The notes: generated from the letters alone by a model not told the origin. DNA of 64,000 nt from Candidatus Latescibacterota bacterium (GCA_965248265.1 CBDFJF010000002.1:2816001-2880000); one strand, 5' to 3'; shown: positions 1 through 9,421, numbered from the stretch's first letter. Translations and numbers: made by a program.

Positions 1-137
1 TCTGCCTCTTCGGGCGTCCCGGCGAAGCAGCTGCCCAGGTCGTCGCAGAGGATCTGCAGGTTGGTCCAGATCGCGCTCGAGGTGAATATCTGGCCGGCGA
101 GAAACTGGTCGAGCGCCAGTGCGTCATCGCTGATCAT
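1..137 (-). CDS. M28-family peptidase, N-terminal part (runs off the window edge)
   Basis: Manual translation MISDDALALDQFLAGQIFTSSAIWTNLQILCDDLGSCFAGTPEEA resembles the L-CD-IGSR-AGT start of M28 peptidases; lies downstream of the amidohydrolase pair on the same strand. Confidence 0.55.
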   Translation of the reverse strand, partial: MISDDALALDQFLAGQIFTSSAIWTNLQILCDDLGSCFAGTPEEA

Positions 138-173
138 CGAAATCCTCCGAGAAGTAGCCTACAACGCGACTGC

Positions 174-917
174 CTACAGCTTCAGAAGACGCTTTGCGTT
201 GCCACCCAGCACCAGCTTTTTGTCTTCGTCGCTGATATCGGCGGTGATGATCTTGCCCATCTGAGCGCGCGGGTCCATCAACGGTATGTCCGAACCGAAG
301 AGCACGCGGTCGGCGCCCGCCTCCTCAACCAGTTGCTCGATAACTCCCGGTGTACGAAAAGTAGAGCAGGTCTCCAGGTAGATGTTGGGATGGTCCTTGG
401 CGGCGTCGATGGCCTGACGCCGTGCCGGCGGACAGTTGCCGGAGTGACCGGAGACGAAGTTCGCCTTGGGATACCTCGACGCCACATCGCCCATGTACTT
501 GGGCCAGGCACCCTCCTCGATACCGGTATGCCAGATCACCACCAGCTCGTGGTCGTTGGCAAACTCGTATATCGGCCACCATATCGGATCGCTGAGGGGA
601 ATGCAGACGAACGGGGGATAGAGCTTGATCGCGCTCAGGCCGAGCTGATCGATAGCTCGCTCTAATTCCGGCACCATGGTCTCCGGCATCAGCGGTGAGA
701 CGTAGGCGAAGCCGATGTAGCGATCCGGGTGGGCGGCTACCAGTCCGGCTGTGAGGTCGTTGCTGCGTCGACCCTCCGGGTGCCAGATGTCGAACAGGAC
801 GGAGCGGTCGATGCCGACGGCATCGAGGGCGGGGAATAACATGTCCGGTCGCGTCTCGGCCACGCCCCAGCGTCCAGGATGGCCATGGAAATCGATAACC
901 TCCGAACCTGCGATCAT
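174..917 (-). CDS. Amidohydrolase family protein (Amidohydro_2)
   Basis: IDFHGH metal motif, IKLYP, WHTG, RVLFGSDIP, LGGNAKRLL. Confidence 0.9.
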   Translation of the reverse strand: MIAGSEVIDFHGHPGRWGVAETRPDMLFPALDAVGIDRSVLFDIWHPEGRRSNDLTAGLVAAHPDRYIGFAYVSPLMPETMVPELERAIDQLGLSAIKLYPPFVCIPLSDPIWWPIYEFANDHELVVIWHTGIEEGAWPKYMGDVASRYPKANFVSGHSGNCPPARRQAIDAAKDHPNIYLETCSTFRTPGVIEQLVEEAGADRVLFGSDIPLMDPRAQMGKIITADISDEDKKLVLGGNAKRLLKL

Positions 918-1708
918 CTTTCACCTCCTGCCAGAATGCGTTCCACGTTGTCCGTGCACATCGCCCGAAGCGCGGTCTCATCCAGACCAACGCTGTGCAT
1001 GTAGTAGAGGATCGGCCCCATGGCGAGGCGCGGGTAGAACGAACCGTAGAGCAGGCGCTCGGTACCGTATTCGTTGACCAGTGCCTCGAGCTCACGCAGA
1101 ACCTCGTAGCGGCTCAGCTCGATGTAGGTGTTGGGTAGCTTCAGGAACGGCCGCACGTAGAATGAGTGGACGTAGTGGGCACCCAGCAGCACGGTCACCA
1201 GATCAGGGAAGGCGCGCAAAATGTCCATTACTTCAGTAACAGGGGTATTGGTGCGTACCGTCCAGGTCGGGTCCCAGGTGTCGTGCAGGGAGATCCAGAC
1301 CGGAATCCGCTCCTGTTGAAGCCACTCGAGCACGTCACCGTAGACCCAGTCCACGAATGGGATCCCTGCGGCCCCGGAGTCGTGGATGCGCACGTTGTTG
1401 AGCTTGCCCGCGGTTCGCAGTTCCTGCAATTGCTTGAGCGCATCGGGTTCAGGGCTTGCCATCCATTGTGGGATGAAGGCGTCCTCGTGGCCGTCCAGCC
1501 ATTCGTACAGCAGGTCGTTCCCGGTAACGGCGCTGAGGACCTCGCCGTGTTGGTGATGGATGACCGCGCGGTCGACACCGTGACGGTGCATCTCCGTCAA
1601 CAGCTCGTCTGGTGTGTCCAACGGAGAAGGCCGGGATTTGACGTGGCCTACTCCGATGTTGGCGTCGATGACGGGTACCTGAGCCTTGAAGCTCAGCTCG
1701 TTTGGCAC
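914..1708 (-). CDS. Amidohydrolase-like protein with degenerate metal motifs
   Basis: VIDAN (no HxH), ERLLYGSFYP (no Asp), NVERIL; 4-nt overlap with the downstream amidohydrolase. Confidence 0.8.
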   Translation of the reverse strand: MPNELSFKAQVPVIDANIGVGHVKSRPSPLDTPDELLTEMHRHGVDRAVIHHQHGEVLSAVTGNDLLYEWLDGHEDAFIPQWMASPEPDALKQLQELRTAGKLNNVRIHDSGAAGIPFVDWVYGDVLEWLQQERIPVWISLHDTWDPTWTVRTNTPVTEVMDILRAFPDLVTVLLGAHYVHSFYVRPFLKLPNTYIELSRYEVLRELEALVNEYGTERLLYGSFYPRLAMGPILYYMHSVGLDETALRAMCTDNVERILAGGER

Positions 1709-1718
1709 AATCGACCTC

Positions 1719-3845
1719 CTATAGTTTTACCGCGCGAACGCGGTTGTTGAAGTAGTCGGTGATCAAGAGTATGTCGTCGCCGTATAGGCAGATGCCATAG
1801 GGTTCATTCAGGCTCGCCTGCGTCGCCGGTCCGCCGTCGCCGCTGTCTCCCTGGACATCGCAGCCGGCGATCGTTTCCAGGGTGCCGTCGGAAGCTATAC
1901 GGCGCACCCGGTTGTTGTTGGTGTCGCAGACATAGACGACGCCATCTGCGGTAATGGCGATGCCGTTTGGATTATTGAGTTGTGCTTCCACCGCGGGTGT
2001 TCCGTCAGCCGAGAAGCCGGGCTCACCAGTGCCGACGATGGTGGTGATGATTCCATCCGTTGCCACCTTCCGCACCGCGTGGTTGGAGCTGTCGGCCAGG
2101 TAGATGTTGCCCTGGCGGTCGAAGCAGATGGCGTTGACGGCTCCGATGCGGGCCCGGGTCGCCGGACCACCGTCGCCCGAGTAGCCGATTTCGCCGACAC
2201 CGGCAACCGTTGTGATGATGTCGGTACGAGAGTCGATTCTGCGGACCCGGCCGATGGTGCCGTCGGCGAGGTAGATGTCGTCATTGGGTCCGTGGGCGAC
2301 CATGTTCACGGCCAGCATGCAGGCGCTGGAGGCCGGGCCTCCATCTCCTTTATCCCATTGAAATCCGGTGCCGGCGATGGTCGTTATGACGCCGCTCTCG
2401 TCGACTCGCCGCACGTAGCCGTGGCGGGTGTCGGCGATGACGACGCGTCCACGCGAATCGACTGACACACCGTGGGGGTTGCTCAGATAGGCTTCGGGTC
2501 CCGGTCCGCCATCACCGCCGTAGGCCCTGGCGCCGTTGCCAGCCACGGTGCGGATGATGCCGGCTGTGTCGATAGCCCGGATGCGCTGATTGAAAAAGTC
2601 AGCGAAGTAGATATGGCCGTCGGGGCCGATGTTGATGCCGGTGGGCGCGCAGAGAAAGGCATTTTCCGCCGGCTCACCATCGTGAATGCTGGTACCGCCC
2701 AGTACAGTAGTCACGATGCCGGTCGCGCCATCATAGCGGCGCACCCGTCCGGAGCAGTCGCACCAGTGGACGGTGCCGTCCGGGTCGGCGCAGATACCGG
2801 CTTCGACGGAGTTGCAGGTGGTCTCAGAGCCATGCAGTCCCTCTTCGCCCCAACCCGGCACTCCGTTGCCGACCAGGGTCGTGACGACTCCAGTTACGGC
2901 GTCGACCTTGCGAACGCGGTAACCGTATTTCTCGCCGACGAACAGATTGTCATGGACGTCGAGACAAATGGCGTCCGGCATCAGGGTGCTGGCCTCAGCC
3001 GCCGGTCCGCCGTCACCATTCGAGGCCGGCATGCCGTTGCCGAGCACGGTGGTGATGATACCGGTGGCCATGTCGATCTTGCGAATCCGGTGGTTGGAGT
3101 TGTCGCAGACGTAAAGGTCGCCCGTGGAGTCGAAGGCCAGGTGTTCGGGGTGGAAGAAAGACGCCTCACTGGCCGGGCCGCCGTCGCCATGGTAACCGCC
3201 CCAGGTGAGCCCGCCCCAGTCCTCGAGGCCTCTACCAACGTACGGCTTGCTATTTTCCCGCTCAGACGGGTAGTGGCGGCCATCATGGCCGGCGAAGTGC
3301 TGGATGATGCCAGTTTTGGCGTCGACCTTCCTGATCGTGTTCTGCCATTCACTGGACACGTAGAGGTTGCCGTCCTCGTCCACGGCCATGCCGCAGTGGA
3401 CGTCGAACTCCGCCTCCAGCGCCGGACCGCCATCGCCACCATGACCGGTGCGACCGGAGCCGGCTACTCTGGTAATGACACCGGTCCTCGCATCGATGCG
3501 TCGTATGGTGTTATTGGCCAGGTCGGCCGTGTAGTAGTTGCCCTGACTGTCCAGGTATAGGCTGTGGGGGCCGCGAAACTGTGCATCGATGGCTGGCCCT
3601 CCATCGCCGCTGTTGCCGGGCACACTGCCGCCGGCGAAGGCGTGCAGGATGCCGTCCTGATCGATGCGCCAGAAGCGGTTGGCTTGCCAGTCGGCGACAA
3701 TCAGGTCGCCGTCCGCTCTGCGCACCACACCAATGGGCCAACCCACGTGCGCCTCCTTGGCGGGAATACCGTCCCGGTAGGGGACGCCGGCGATACCGGT
3801 GATATGGCCGGCCGGCAGTTTTTCGAAGGTCGTCTTCAGGTCCAA
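1719..3845 (-). CDS. NHL-repeat beta-propeller protein
   Basis: Many GDGGPA..A.L..P.GI..D..GNLY.AD..N.RIRRID repeats over 708 aa; no signal peptide visible. Confidence 0.92.
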   Translation of the reverse strand: MDLKTTFEKLPAGHITGIAGVPYRDGIPAKEAHVGWPIGVVRRADGDLIVADWQANRFWRIDQDGILHAFAGGSVPGNSGDGGPAIDAQFRGPHSLYLDSQGNYYTADLANNTIRRIDARTGVITRVAGSGRTGHGGDGGPALEAEFDVHCGMAVDEDGNLYVSSEWQNTIRKVDAKTGIIQHFAGHDGRHYPSERENSKPYVGRGLEDWGGLTWGGYHGDGGPASEASFFHPEHLAFDSTGDLYVCDNSNHRIRKIDMATGIITTVLGNGMPASNGDGGPAAEASTLMPDAICLDVHDNLFVGEKYGYRVRKVDAVTGVVTTLVGNGVPGWGEEGLHGSETTCNSVEAGICADPDGTVHWCDCSGRVRRYDGATGIVTTVLGGTSIHDGEPAENAFLCAPTGINIGPDGHIYFADFFNQRIRAIDTAGIIRTVAGNGARAYGGDGGPGPEAYLSNPHGVSVDSRGRVVIADTRHGYVRRVDESGVITTIAGTGFQWDKGDGGPASSACMLAVNMVAHGPNDDIYLADGTIGRVRRIDSRTDIITTVAGVGEIGYSGDGGPATRARIGAVNAICFDRQGNIYLADSSNHAVRKVATDGIITTIVGTGEPGFSADGTPAVEAQLNNPNGIAITADGVVYVCDTNNNRVRRIASDGTLETIAGCDVQGDSGDGGPATQASLNEPYGICLYGDDILLITDYFNNRVRAVKL

Positions 3846-3944
3846 GGTTGCCTCAGCGACTCTGGTTTAGTCACAGAAGTCAAATACCTATTCTATGGGG
3901 ATCGGGTAGTGCGGTAGCCGGTAGTTCAACTCAGGGGAATTCCA

Positions 3945-5255
3945 ATGACCACCACTACTCCCAGCCTGGCCAGTAAAGAGCGACTGTTGATCCGTGCCCG
4001 CAAGGTCATCCCTGGATGCTCCCAGGCATTCAGCAAGGGTGCGAACCAGTACCCGCAGAGCGTGAACCCCCATTACCTGGTGCGCGGCAAGGGGGCGCGG
4101 GTTGAAGATGCTGACGGCAACAGCTATCTCGATTTCACCATGGGGCTTTGCCCGGTCATTCTTGGGTACGCCGATCCAGACGTCAATGCGGCAGTGCAGG
4201 AGCAGCTCGCCGAAGGCACCATTTTCACGCTATCACACCCGGTGGAGATCGAGCTTGCCGAACTCCTCGTCGACATCATTCCGTGCGCCGAGATGGTCCG
4301 CTACGGCAAGAACGGATCCGATGCCACAACCGGAGCCGTACGGCTAGCTCGCGCCTATACCCGGCGGGACCGGGTGGCCTGTTGTGGGTATCACGGCTGG
4401 CACGATTGGTACATCGGGACTACCACCAGGAATCTTGGAGTGCCGGTCCAGGTGGCCGAGCTGACCCACTCATTTCCGTATGACGATATCGACGCGCTCG
4501 AACAGCTGCTGACTGCCCACCAGGACCAGTTCGCCTGCGTCATCATGGAGCCGACGACGATATTCGAGCCGTCGCCGGGGTACCTGCAGGCGGTCAAGGA
4601 GCTCTGTCAGCGCCACGGTACCCTGCTCATCTTCGACGAGATCGTCACCGGTTTTCGCCTGGCCATGGGCGGCGCCCAGGAGCTATTTGATGTCACGCCG
4701 GATCTGGGTTGTTTCGGCAAGGCCATGGCCAATGGCTACCCGATTTCCGTCATCGCCGGCCGCGCCGATGTCATGCGCTGCTTCGAGGAGGCGTTTTTCT
4801 CCTACACTTTTTCGGGTGAGGCCGTGGGCTTGGTGGCTTCGCTGGCGACGATCGGTAAACTGGGTCAACTCAGCGTCCACGATCAACTCTGGGAGCAGGG
4901 TGAGCGCATCATCGACGGCTTCAACCAACAGGCCAGCCAGTACGAGCTGGGACAGCACATGCGGTGCGTCGGCTATGGGCCTCGCAGCGTGCTGCAGTTC
5001 ACGACCCCGGATGGGGAAGAGGATGTGGTGCTGAAGACCCTGTTTCAACAGGAGTACATGCGTCGGGGAATACTGACGTGCAATTGCCACAACATGTGTC
5101 TGGCACATACAGGTGAAGTCGTCGACCAGTTGTTGGGTGTGTACGATGATGTGATGGAGCTGGTGGGTGACCTCGTGTTAGGAGGCGAGGACCTGCGTTC
5201 CCACGTGGAAGGGGAGTTGCCGCAGCCCGTATTCAGGCGCCCGTTGCCTGAATAG
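3945..5255 (+). CDS. Class III PLP aminotransferase (glutamate-1-semialdehyde aminomutase-like)
   Basis: DADGNSYLDF, KNGSDA, GYHGWHDW, LIFDEIVTGFR, GCFGKAMANG (PLP Lys). Confidence 0.92.
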   Translation: MTTTTPSLASKERLLIRARKVIPGCSQAFSKGANQYPQSVNPHYLVRGKGARVEDADGNSYLDFTMGLCPVILGYADPDVNAAVQEQLAEGTIFTLSHPVEIELAELLVDIIPCAEMVRYGKNGSDATTGAVRLARAYTRRDRVACCGYHGWHDWYIGTTTRNLGVPVQVAELTHSFPYDDIDALEQLLTAHQDQFACVIMEPTTIFEPSPGYLQAVKELCQRHGTLLIFDEIVTGFRLAMGGAQELFDVTPDLGCFGKAMANGYPISVIAGRADVMRCFEEAFFSYTFSGEAVGLVASLATIGKLGQLSVHDQLWEQGERIIDGFNQQASQYELGQHMRCVGYGPRSVLQFTTPDGEEDVVLKTLFQQEYMRRGILTCNCHNMCLAHTGEVVDQLLGVYDDVMELVGDLVLGGEDLRSHVEGELPQPVFRRPLPE

Positions 5256-5262
5256 CGTTCGG

Positions 5263-6078
5263 CTAGGCCCCGAGGGGCAATGGGGGCACCGAATGTTCCT
5301 TAACGATGAATCTGTCAGCATGCAGCGAGACGAAGTTGAAGCATGGCGGGTGTTCCTCATCAAAGCTCACATCCTCTTCATCCGGCCATAGGTTGACCTG
5401 GCAGCAGGTGCTGGCAACGCCGATGTAGGCAATACCGTCTTTGTGCATGTGCGTACCACGATGAATATGTCCGAAGAAAACACCCCTGAGTCGCTCCCTG
5501 GCGGGCACCAGCGCCTGATGCAGTTCGTCGCCATCCAGCATGCCCACGTTGGAGGTGAACCATTTATTGTCCATGTCGAGGGGTGAGTGGTGGATGAAAA
5601 CGGTGAACGACCCAGTGTGTTGCTCGACGTCCTCCCGGATAAAATCGAGCTGCTCCTGTCCTAACTTGCCAAAGTGTCCGGCCTCGTCGAACGGCTGGTG
5701 TGAATCCAGAACCAGAAATCGTTCGTCCTGGCATGTGAATCGGTAGCAGTTCAGATTTGATGCTGATACGAAATCCTCTTTGGGGCCCATGGCGAGATGT
5801 TTTCGCAAGCCGTCGCGATCATCATGATTGCCGGTTGCGAAATACATCGGCACCCGAATCTGGGAAAAGGCTTCCGCGGCTAACTCGTACTCGATCTGAG
5901 TTCCACGACGCGCCACGTCCCCGGTGTGAATGACGAACTGTGGTGGCGTGGGCAGGTTGCTGATGGCTTCAACGACCTGCATCAGGTTGCGGAACGGGTT
6001 GTTGCCGAAGGTGACCCAGTCCCGGTCCTCCCCCAAGTGCGAATCGCTGATATGGACAAAGTGCAGGGGATCTCTCAT
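5263..6078 (-). CDS. Metallophosphoesterase (CpdA/Icc-like)
   Basis: HISDSH, HTGDV, GNHD, HH and GHIH calcineurin-like motifs. Confidence 0.9.
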   Translation of the reverse strand: MRDPLHFVHISDSHLGEDRDWVTFGNNPFRNLMQVVEAISNLPTPPQFVIHTGDVARRGTQIEYELAAEAFSQIRVPMYFATGNHDDRDGLRKHLAMGPKEDFVSASNLNCYRFTCQDERFLVLDSHQPFDEAGHFGKLGQEQLDFIREDVEQHTGSFTVFIHHSPLDMDNKWFTSNVGMLDGDELHQALVPARERLRGVFFGHIHRGTHMHKDGIAYIGVASTCCQVNLWPDEEDVSFDEEHPPCFNFVSLHADRFIVKEHSVPPLPLGA

Positions 6079-6102
6079 GCGTGGTATCCGTGGCGCAGGG
6101 GA

Positions 6103-6465
6103 TTAGTCACCAATCAACCGCTGTACCTCATCGCGGAACTGCCGGACGATGCTCAGGGTTGCTTCCTGGTCCATGCCGACGTAGTCATGAACGGAGAGAT
6201 TTCGGGCGTTCAGGAACTGATTCCACAACTCCAAGTCCTCGATGAGTCGCAATTGCGCCGCAGACTTCAGTGCGTCCCGAGGGCTGTAGGTTTCCAAGCC
6301 CGCCTCATCCGCCTCACGCTTGAAGTGCTTCCACACGTATTCAAAGGTGCTTTCGAATGTCTTTGCCAGCGCAGCCTGGCCAAGAGCGTCCTGCGGATCG
6401 GCCGCACTGGCATCCAAGGCTTCGCCCAGAAGTGCGAAGGCCTTCAGTAGCTTGTCGTCATTCAT
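6103..6465 (-). CDS. hepT: HEPN toxin (HI0074-like nucleotidyltransferase substrate-binding protein)
   Basis: FESTFEYVWK, SPRDALK and R-X4-H-X-Y motif (RNLSVHDY); start at MNDDK overlaps the upstream MNT stop. Confidence 0.85.
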   Translation of the reverse strand: MNDDKLLKAFALLGEALDASAADPQDALGQAALAKTFESTFEYVWKHFKREADEAGLETYSPRDALKSAAQLRLIEDLELWNQFLNARNLSVHDYVGMDQEATLSIVRQFRDEVQRLIGD

Positions 6466-7039
6466 GTAACTGCATCCCAGACTTTCGCAGCAGTTCGCAC
6501 CAGACTTCGTGCGAGCCCGCCAAGAACACAAGATCCTCCGACAGGCCGCTCAGGAAAGAGGCATCTGCGCGAGACAGATCCACCAGTTGCGCCGTAGCAA
6601 GGGACTTCTCGTTCCAGGCGGCGACGAGGTCCAACATCATTGAAAGCGCGGGAAACTCGAGCGGATCGTGACAGAAGAGTCCCAGGTCGTAATCCGAGTG
6701 TCTTTTCGCCGTGCCGCGTGCGCGAGATCCGAAGAGCACGACCACTGCACCTGGGTTCGCTGCATGCAAGGATTCAATGAGGTCTGCTACCAACAAGCCC
6801 GGCACTTGCCGGCGACGAAGCGGCAAGGAGAGTACGTCAGCGGGTGCCAGATCGAGGGCCACAAGGATTTTCGCGAGGGCAGATGGCAGGGCTGTTTTGC
6901 CGGCCAGGTAGTTGCCCACCGTGTTGCGATGGATACCGACGGAATCGGCAAAGTCCTGCACCGAGTTGAAACCCCGCTGGTGGATCTCACGCTGCAATCT
7001 TGAGGCATCGAGTAGGAGCTGTGCCGATTCGGTTTTCAT
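6458..7039 (-). CDS. mntA: XRE-type HTH fused to minimal nucleotidyltransferase antitoxin
   Basis: N-terminal SVQDFADSVGIHRNTVGNYLAG (HTH); C-terminal LFGSRARGTAKRHSDYD (GS-X10-DXD); ATG at 7039 lies just downstream of a TATAAT box. Confidence 0.85.
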   Translation of the reverse strand: MKTESAQLLLDASRLQREIHQRGFNSVQDFADSVGIHRNTVGNYLAGKTALPSALAKILVALDLAPADVLSLPLRRRQVPGLLVADLIESLHAANPGAVVVLFGSRARGTAKRHSDYDLGLFCHDPLEFPALSMMLDLVAAWNEKSLATAQLVDLSRADASFLSGLSEDLVFLAGSHEVWCELLRKSGMQLHE

Positions 7040-7042
7040 GAT

Positions 7043-7086
7043 ATGCCTATTATAAATAGGCATCTGCATAATAGCAATATGCAGAT
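7043..7086 (-). promoter_or_regulatory. Sigma70 promoter overlapped by two palindromic operators
   Basis: Minus strand TTGCTA-17nt-TATAAT-9nt-ATG; perfect 9-bp inverted repeats at 7043-7063 and 7062-7086. Confidence 0.8.
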
Positions 7087-7146
7087 ACTGGTGCCGCAAT
7101 CTCGAGGCGAGTGCTGTCCTCAAAGGAAGGATTCATACCCTGATAC

Positions 7147-7180
7147 CTTGACCGACGACAGACAAGCTGTTTATAACCAC
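7147..7180 (+). promoter_or_regulatory. Sigma70-like promoter, copy 1
   Basis: TTGACC-18nt-TATAAC; 27/34 identical to 9388-9421. Confidence 0.6.
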
Positions 7181-7236
7181 TGTCCGTAGCACATTAAGAC
7201 GAAAGCAAAGCAACCACAAAACGAAGGGTCTCACCG

Positions 7237-7683
7237 ATGGACACACAAGTGCCAATGATCAGCACGAGCACGACAGGCCCACTGGGGGTCGTTCATCTTC
7301 CCAGGCTGTGGTTGAAGATGCGACTGGCCGCCAAAGACAAGCTTGCTGAGGGCTACCGGGCGGGGGAGGGCGGGTTCGACGAGATGCTGCTCCAAGCTCT
7401 CGGCATTGATTCGAAGGCTGCCATTGCCTTCGTGCGAGAATCGCAGCCGAGCTATCTGGCCTTCGAGGCGTGGGTAAAGGAGAACGCGGTGCCTGACAAC
7501 CTGACGCCAGATGCTATCAAACAGTTCAACGACCAAATCCTCTCGATCGCCAAGCCAGAGCCATGGCACTCGGAGATGCTCGACACGCTTGGTCTACCGA
7601 AGGATGGCAAGCAGTGGCTGGCGACGGACCTCAACGATCAGGAAGACTGGCAAGACTTCCACCTGGCCTTGCTGGAGGCATGA
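7237..7683 (+). CDS. DUF5069-like small protein
   Basis: GPLGVVHLPRLWLK, FDEMLLQALGID, IKQFN pattern recalled for DUF5069. Confidence 0.6.
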   Translation: MDTQVPMISTSTTGPLGVVHLPRLWLKMRLAAKDKLAEGYRAGEGGFDEMLLQALGIDSKAAIAFVRESQPSYLAFEAWVKENAVPDNLTPDAIKQFNDQILSIAKPEPWHSEMLDTLGLPKDGKQWLATDLNDQEDWQDFHLALLEA

Positions 7684-9314
7684 GCGCGCAGCATGACCTG
7701 TTGGGGCACTGGCCCTTCGAGAGCGACCTTCAGGATCACTCTACTTCGAAGCTGGGCTCAAGCGCAGCCAATGTTGCCGTCGGCAGCATCGCGGGTGAGA
7801 GTGGGCCGGCAACGGGGGCCGTGTTCGACGGCAGGACGAGCGTAATCGAGGTAGCCGATCATCTCTCGCTGCGACTCGGCGACCGCCCATTTTCCGTATC
7901 CCTCTGGTTACACACCGATGCCGGCGAAGGCGACGTCATCGGCGATCTGGTGAACTGTTACGACCCTGACAAGCGCACGGGGTTCACCCTTTCGGTCACC
8001 AGTTTGAATGGCGTTACCGGTTCACCGTTGGTCAACGACCGCAACCTCCACTTCGGCATCGACGATGGGCGTCCGGATGGGAAGTGGCTCGATTGTGGGC
8101 GACCCGGTGAGGCGGTCAAAATCGCCGCCCTGCATGTTCATGAGGGCGACCTCTTCGCCGGCACCTTCGAACTTGAAGCTGACCAGACGGGGCATATGTG
8201 GCGCTACGAGGACGATGGCCGTTGGCAGGATCTTGGCGGCTGCCCCGACGGTTCCAGCAACGTACCTGCGATCACTCACTTCGACGGTGACCTTTATTGC
8301 AGCAGCGGCCGCTATCGGACCGAGGGTTCCTTTCTCGGCCCAAGGCGCAACATGCGTCCCGGAGGACATGTCTACCGCATCTGCGCCGATGGACAGTGGG
8401 TCGACTGTGGCCTGGTTGGCGCTGACGGCGCCAGACCCAACGACGCCCCGGAGGACAGCCATTACACCGACAAAGCTGACGAGACCACGATGCTGGTCCC
8501 GTTTCGCGGGGAGATGCTGGCGGTGAGCGCCCACCGGCGCGGCGTGTGGCGCTATGACGGAGACACCTCATGGAAACGCATCGGACCTGACGAGCGGTTG
8601 ATTTCCTTCACTGTCTTCCAGGGGCAGCTCTACGGCACCATCAACGGCGGTCCTGTGATGCGCTACGACGGCGATGACGACTGGGCTGATTGTGGCAAAC
8701 CGGCAACGTCGACGCAGACCTACGGTGCCGCGATTTATCAGAATGAACTGTACGTCGGCACCTGGCCCGAGGGAGAAGTCTACCGCTACGATGGCGACCG
8801 CGAGTGGCACCCGCTGCCACCCCTTGGGCTGGAACGTGAAGTCATGTGTCTGGTCGTCTACAACGGCAAACTCTACGCCGGCGCCCTGCCCATGGGCCAT
8901 GCGTACCGCCTGGACGGAGACGAATTCACCTTCGTCGGCAATCTCGACGACTCAGAGGCTGTGCTGCGGCGCGTATGGACGATGGCCGTCTACCGGGGCA
9001 GGCTGTTCGGTGGCACCCTGCCCTCCGGCCGTGTGCGCAGTCTCCAGGCAGGCGCCATGGCAACTTGCGATCGCTCGTTGGCCTCGGGTTGGCGCCATAT
9101 CGCCGCTGTCCGCCGTTCACGCAAGCTACAGCTTTTCGTCGACGGCGGGCTTGTTGCTTCCAGTCCGTGTGACGACTTCGACCTGTCCTGCGACCGGCCG
9201 TTGCGCATCGGCCAGGGCCAGCACGCCGCGCTTTCGGGGGCGCTCTCGGATCTGCGTCTCTACGGGCGCGCGCTCACGGTGCAGGAGATAGCTGAGCTGG
9301 CGACGCGGCGGTAG
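7680..9314 (+). CDS. Split LamG-like jellyroll with inserted beta-propeller
   Basis: ATGA overlap start; LLGHWPFE/FDG/FSVSLW N-half, repeated W.DCG/YRYDG blades, then WRHIAAVR..LFVDG..LRIG..DLRLYGRAL C-half. Confidence 0.75.
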   Translation: MSAQHDLLGHWPFESDLQDHSTSKLGSSAANVAVGSIAGESGPATGAVFDGRTSVIEVADHLSLRLGDRPFSVSLWLHTDAGEGDVIGDLVNCYDPDKRTGFTLSVTSLNGVTGSPLVNDRNLHFGIDDGRPDGKWLDCGRPGEAVKIAALHVHEGDLFAGTFELEADQTGHMWRYEDDGRWQDLGGCPDGSSNVPAITHFDGDLYCSSGRYRTEGSFLGPRRNMRPGGHVYRICADGQWVDCGLVGADGARPNDAPEDSHYTDKADETTMLVPFRGEMLAVSAHRRGVWRYDGDTSWKRIGPDERLISFTVFQGQLYGTINGGPVMRYDGDDDWADCGKPATSTQTYGAAIYQNELYVGTWPEGEVYRYDGDREWHPLPPLGLEREVMCLVVYNGKLYAGALPMGHAYRLDGDEFTFVGNLDDSEAVLRRVWTMAVYRGRLFGGTLPSGRVRSLQAGAMATCDRSLASGWRHIAAVRRSRKLQLFVDGGLVASSPCDDFDLSCDRPLRIGQGQHAALSGALSDLRLYGRALTVQEIAELATRR

Positions 9315-9387
9315 CTCGAATCATCCGGCCCAGTTTCATAACCGTAGTCATACCGCCGTAGAGGTAGGTCAATAGGCGATGCGCACT

Positions 9388-9421
9388 CTTGACCGACTGC
9401 AGACAAAACCATTATAACCAC
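9388..9421 (+). promoter_or_regulatory. Sigma70-like promoter, copy 2
   Basis: TTGACC-18nt-TATAAC; near copy of 7147-7180. Confidence 0.6.

Noticed and set aside
1719-3845. Recurrent GC-rich DNA motifs resembling an array
   Set aside because: They are coding NHL repeats, not CRISPR or non-coding repeats
3945-5255. Calling the aminotransferase hemL
   Set aside because: It lacks the PGGVNSPVR start of true HemL and resembles sugar/capsule-associated paralogues
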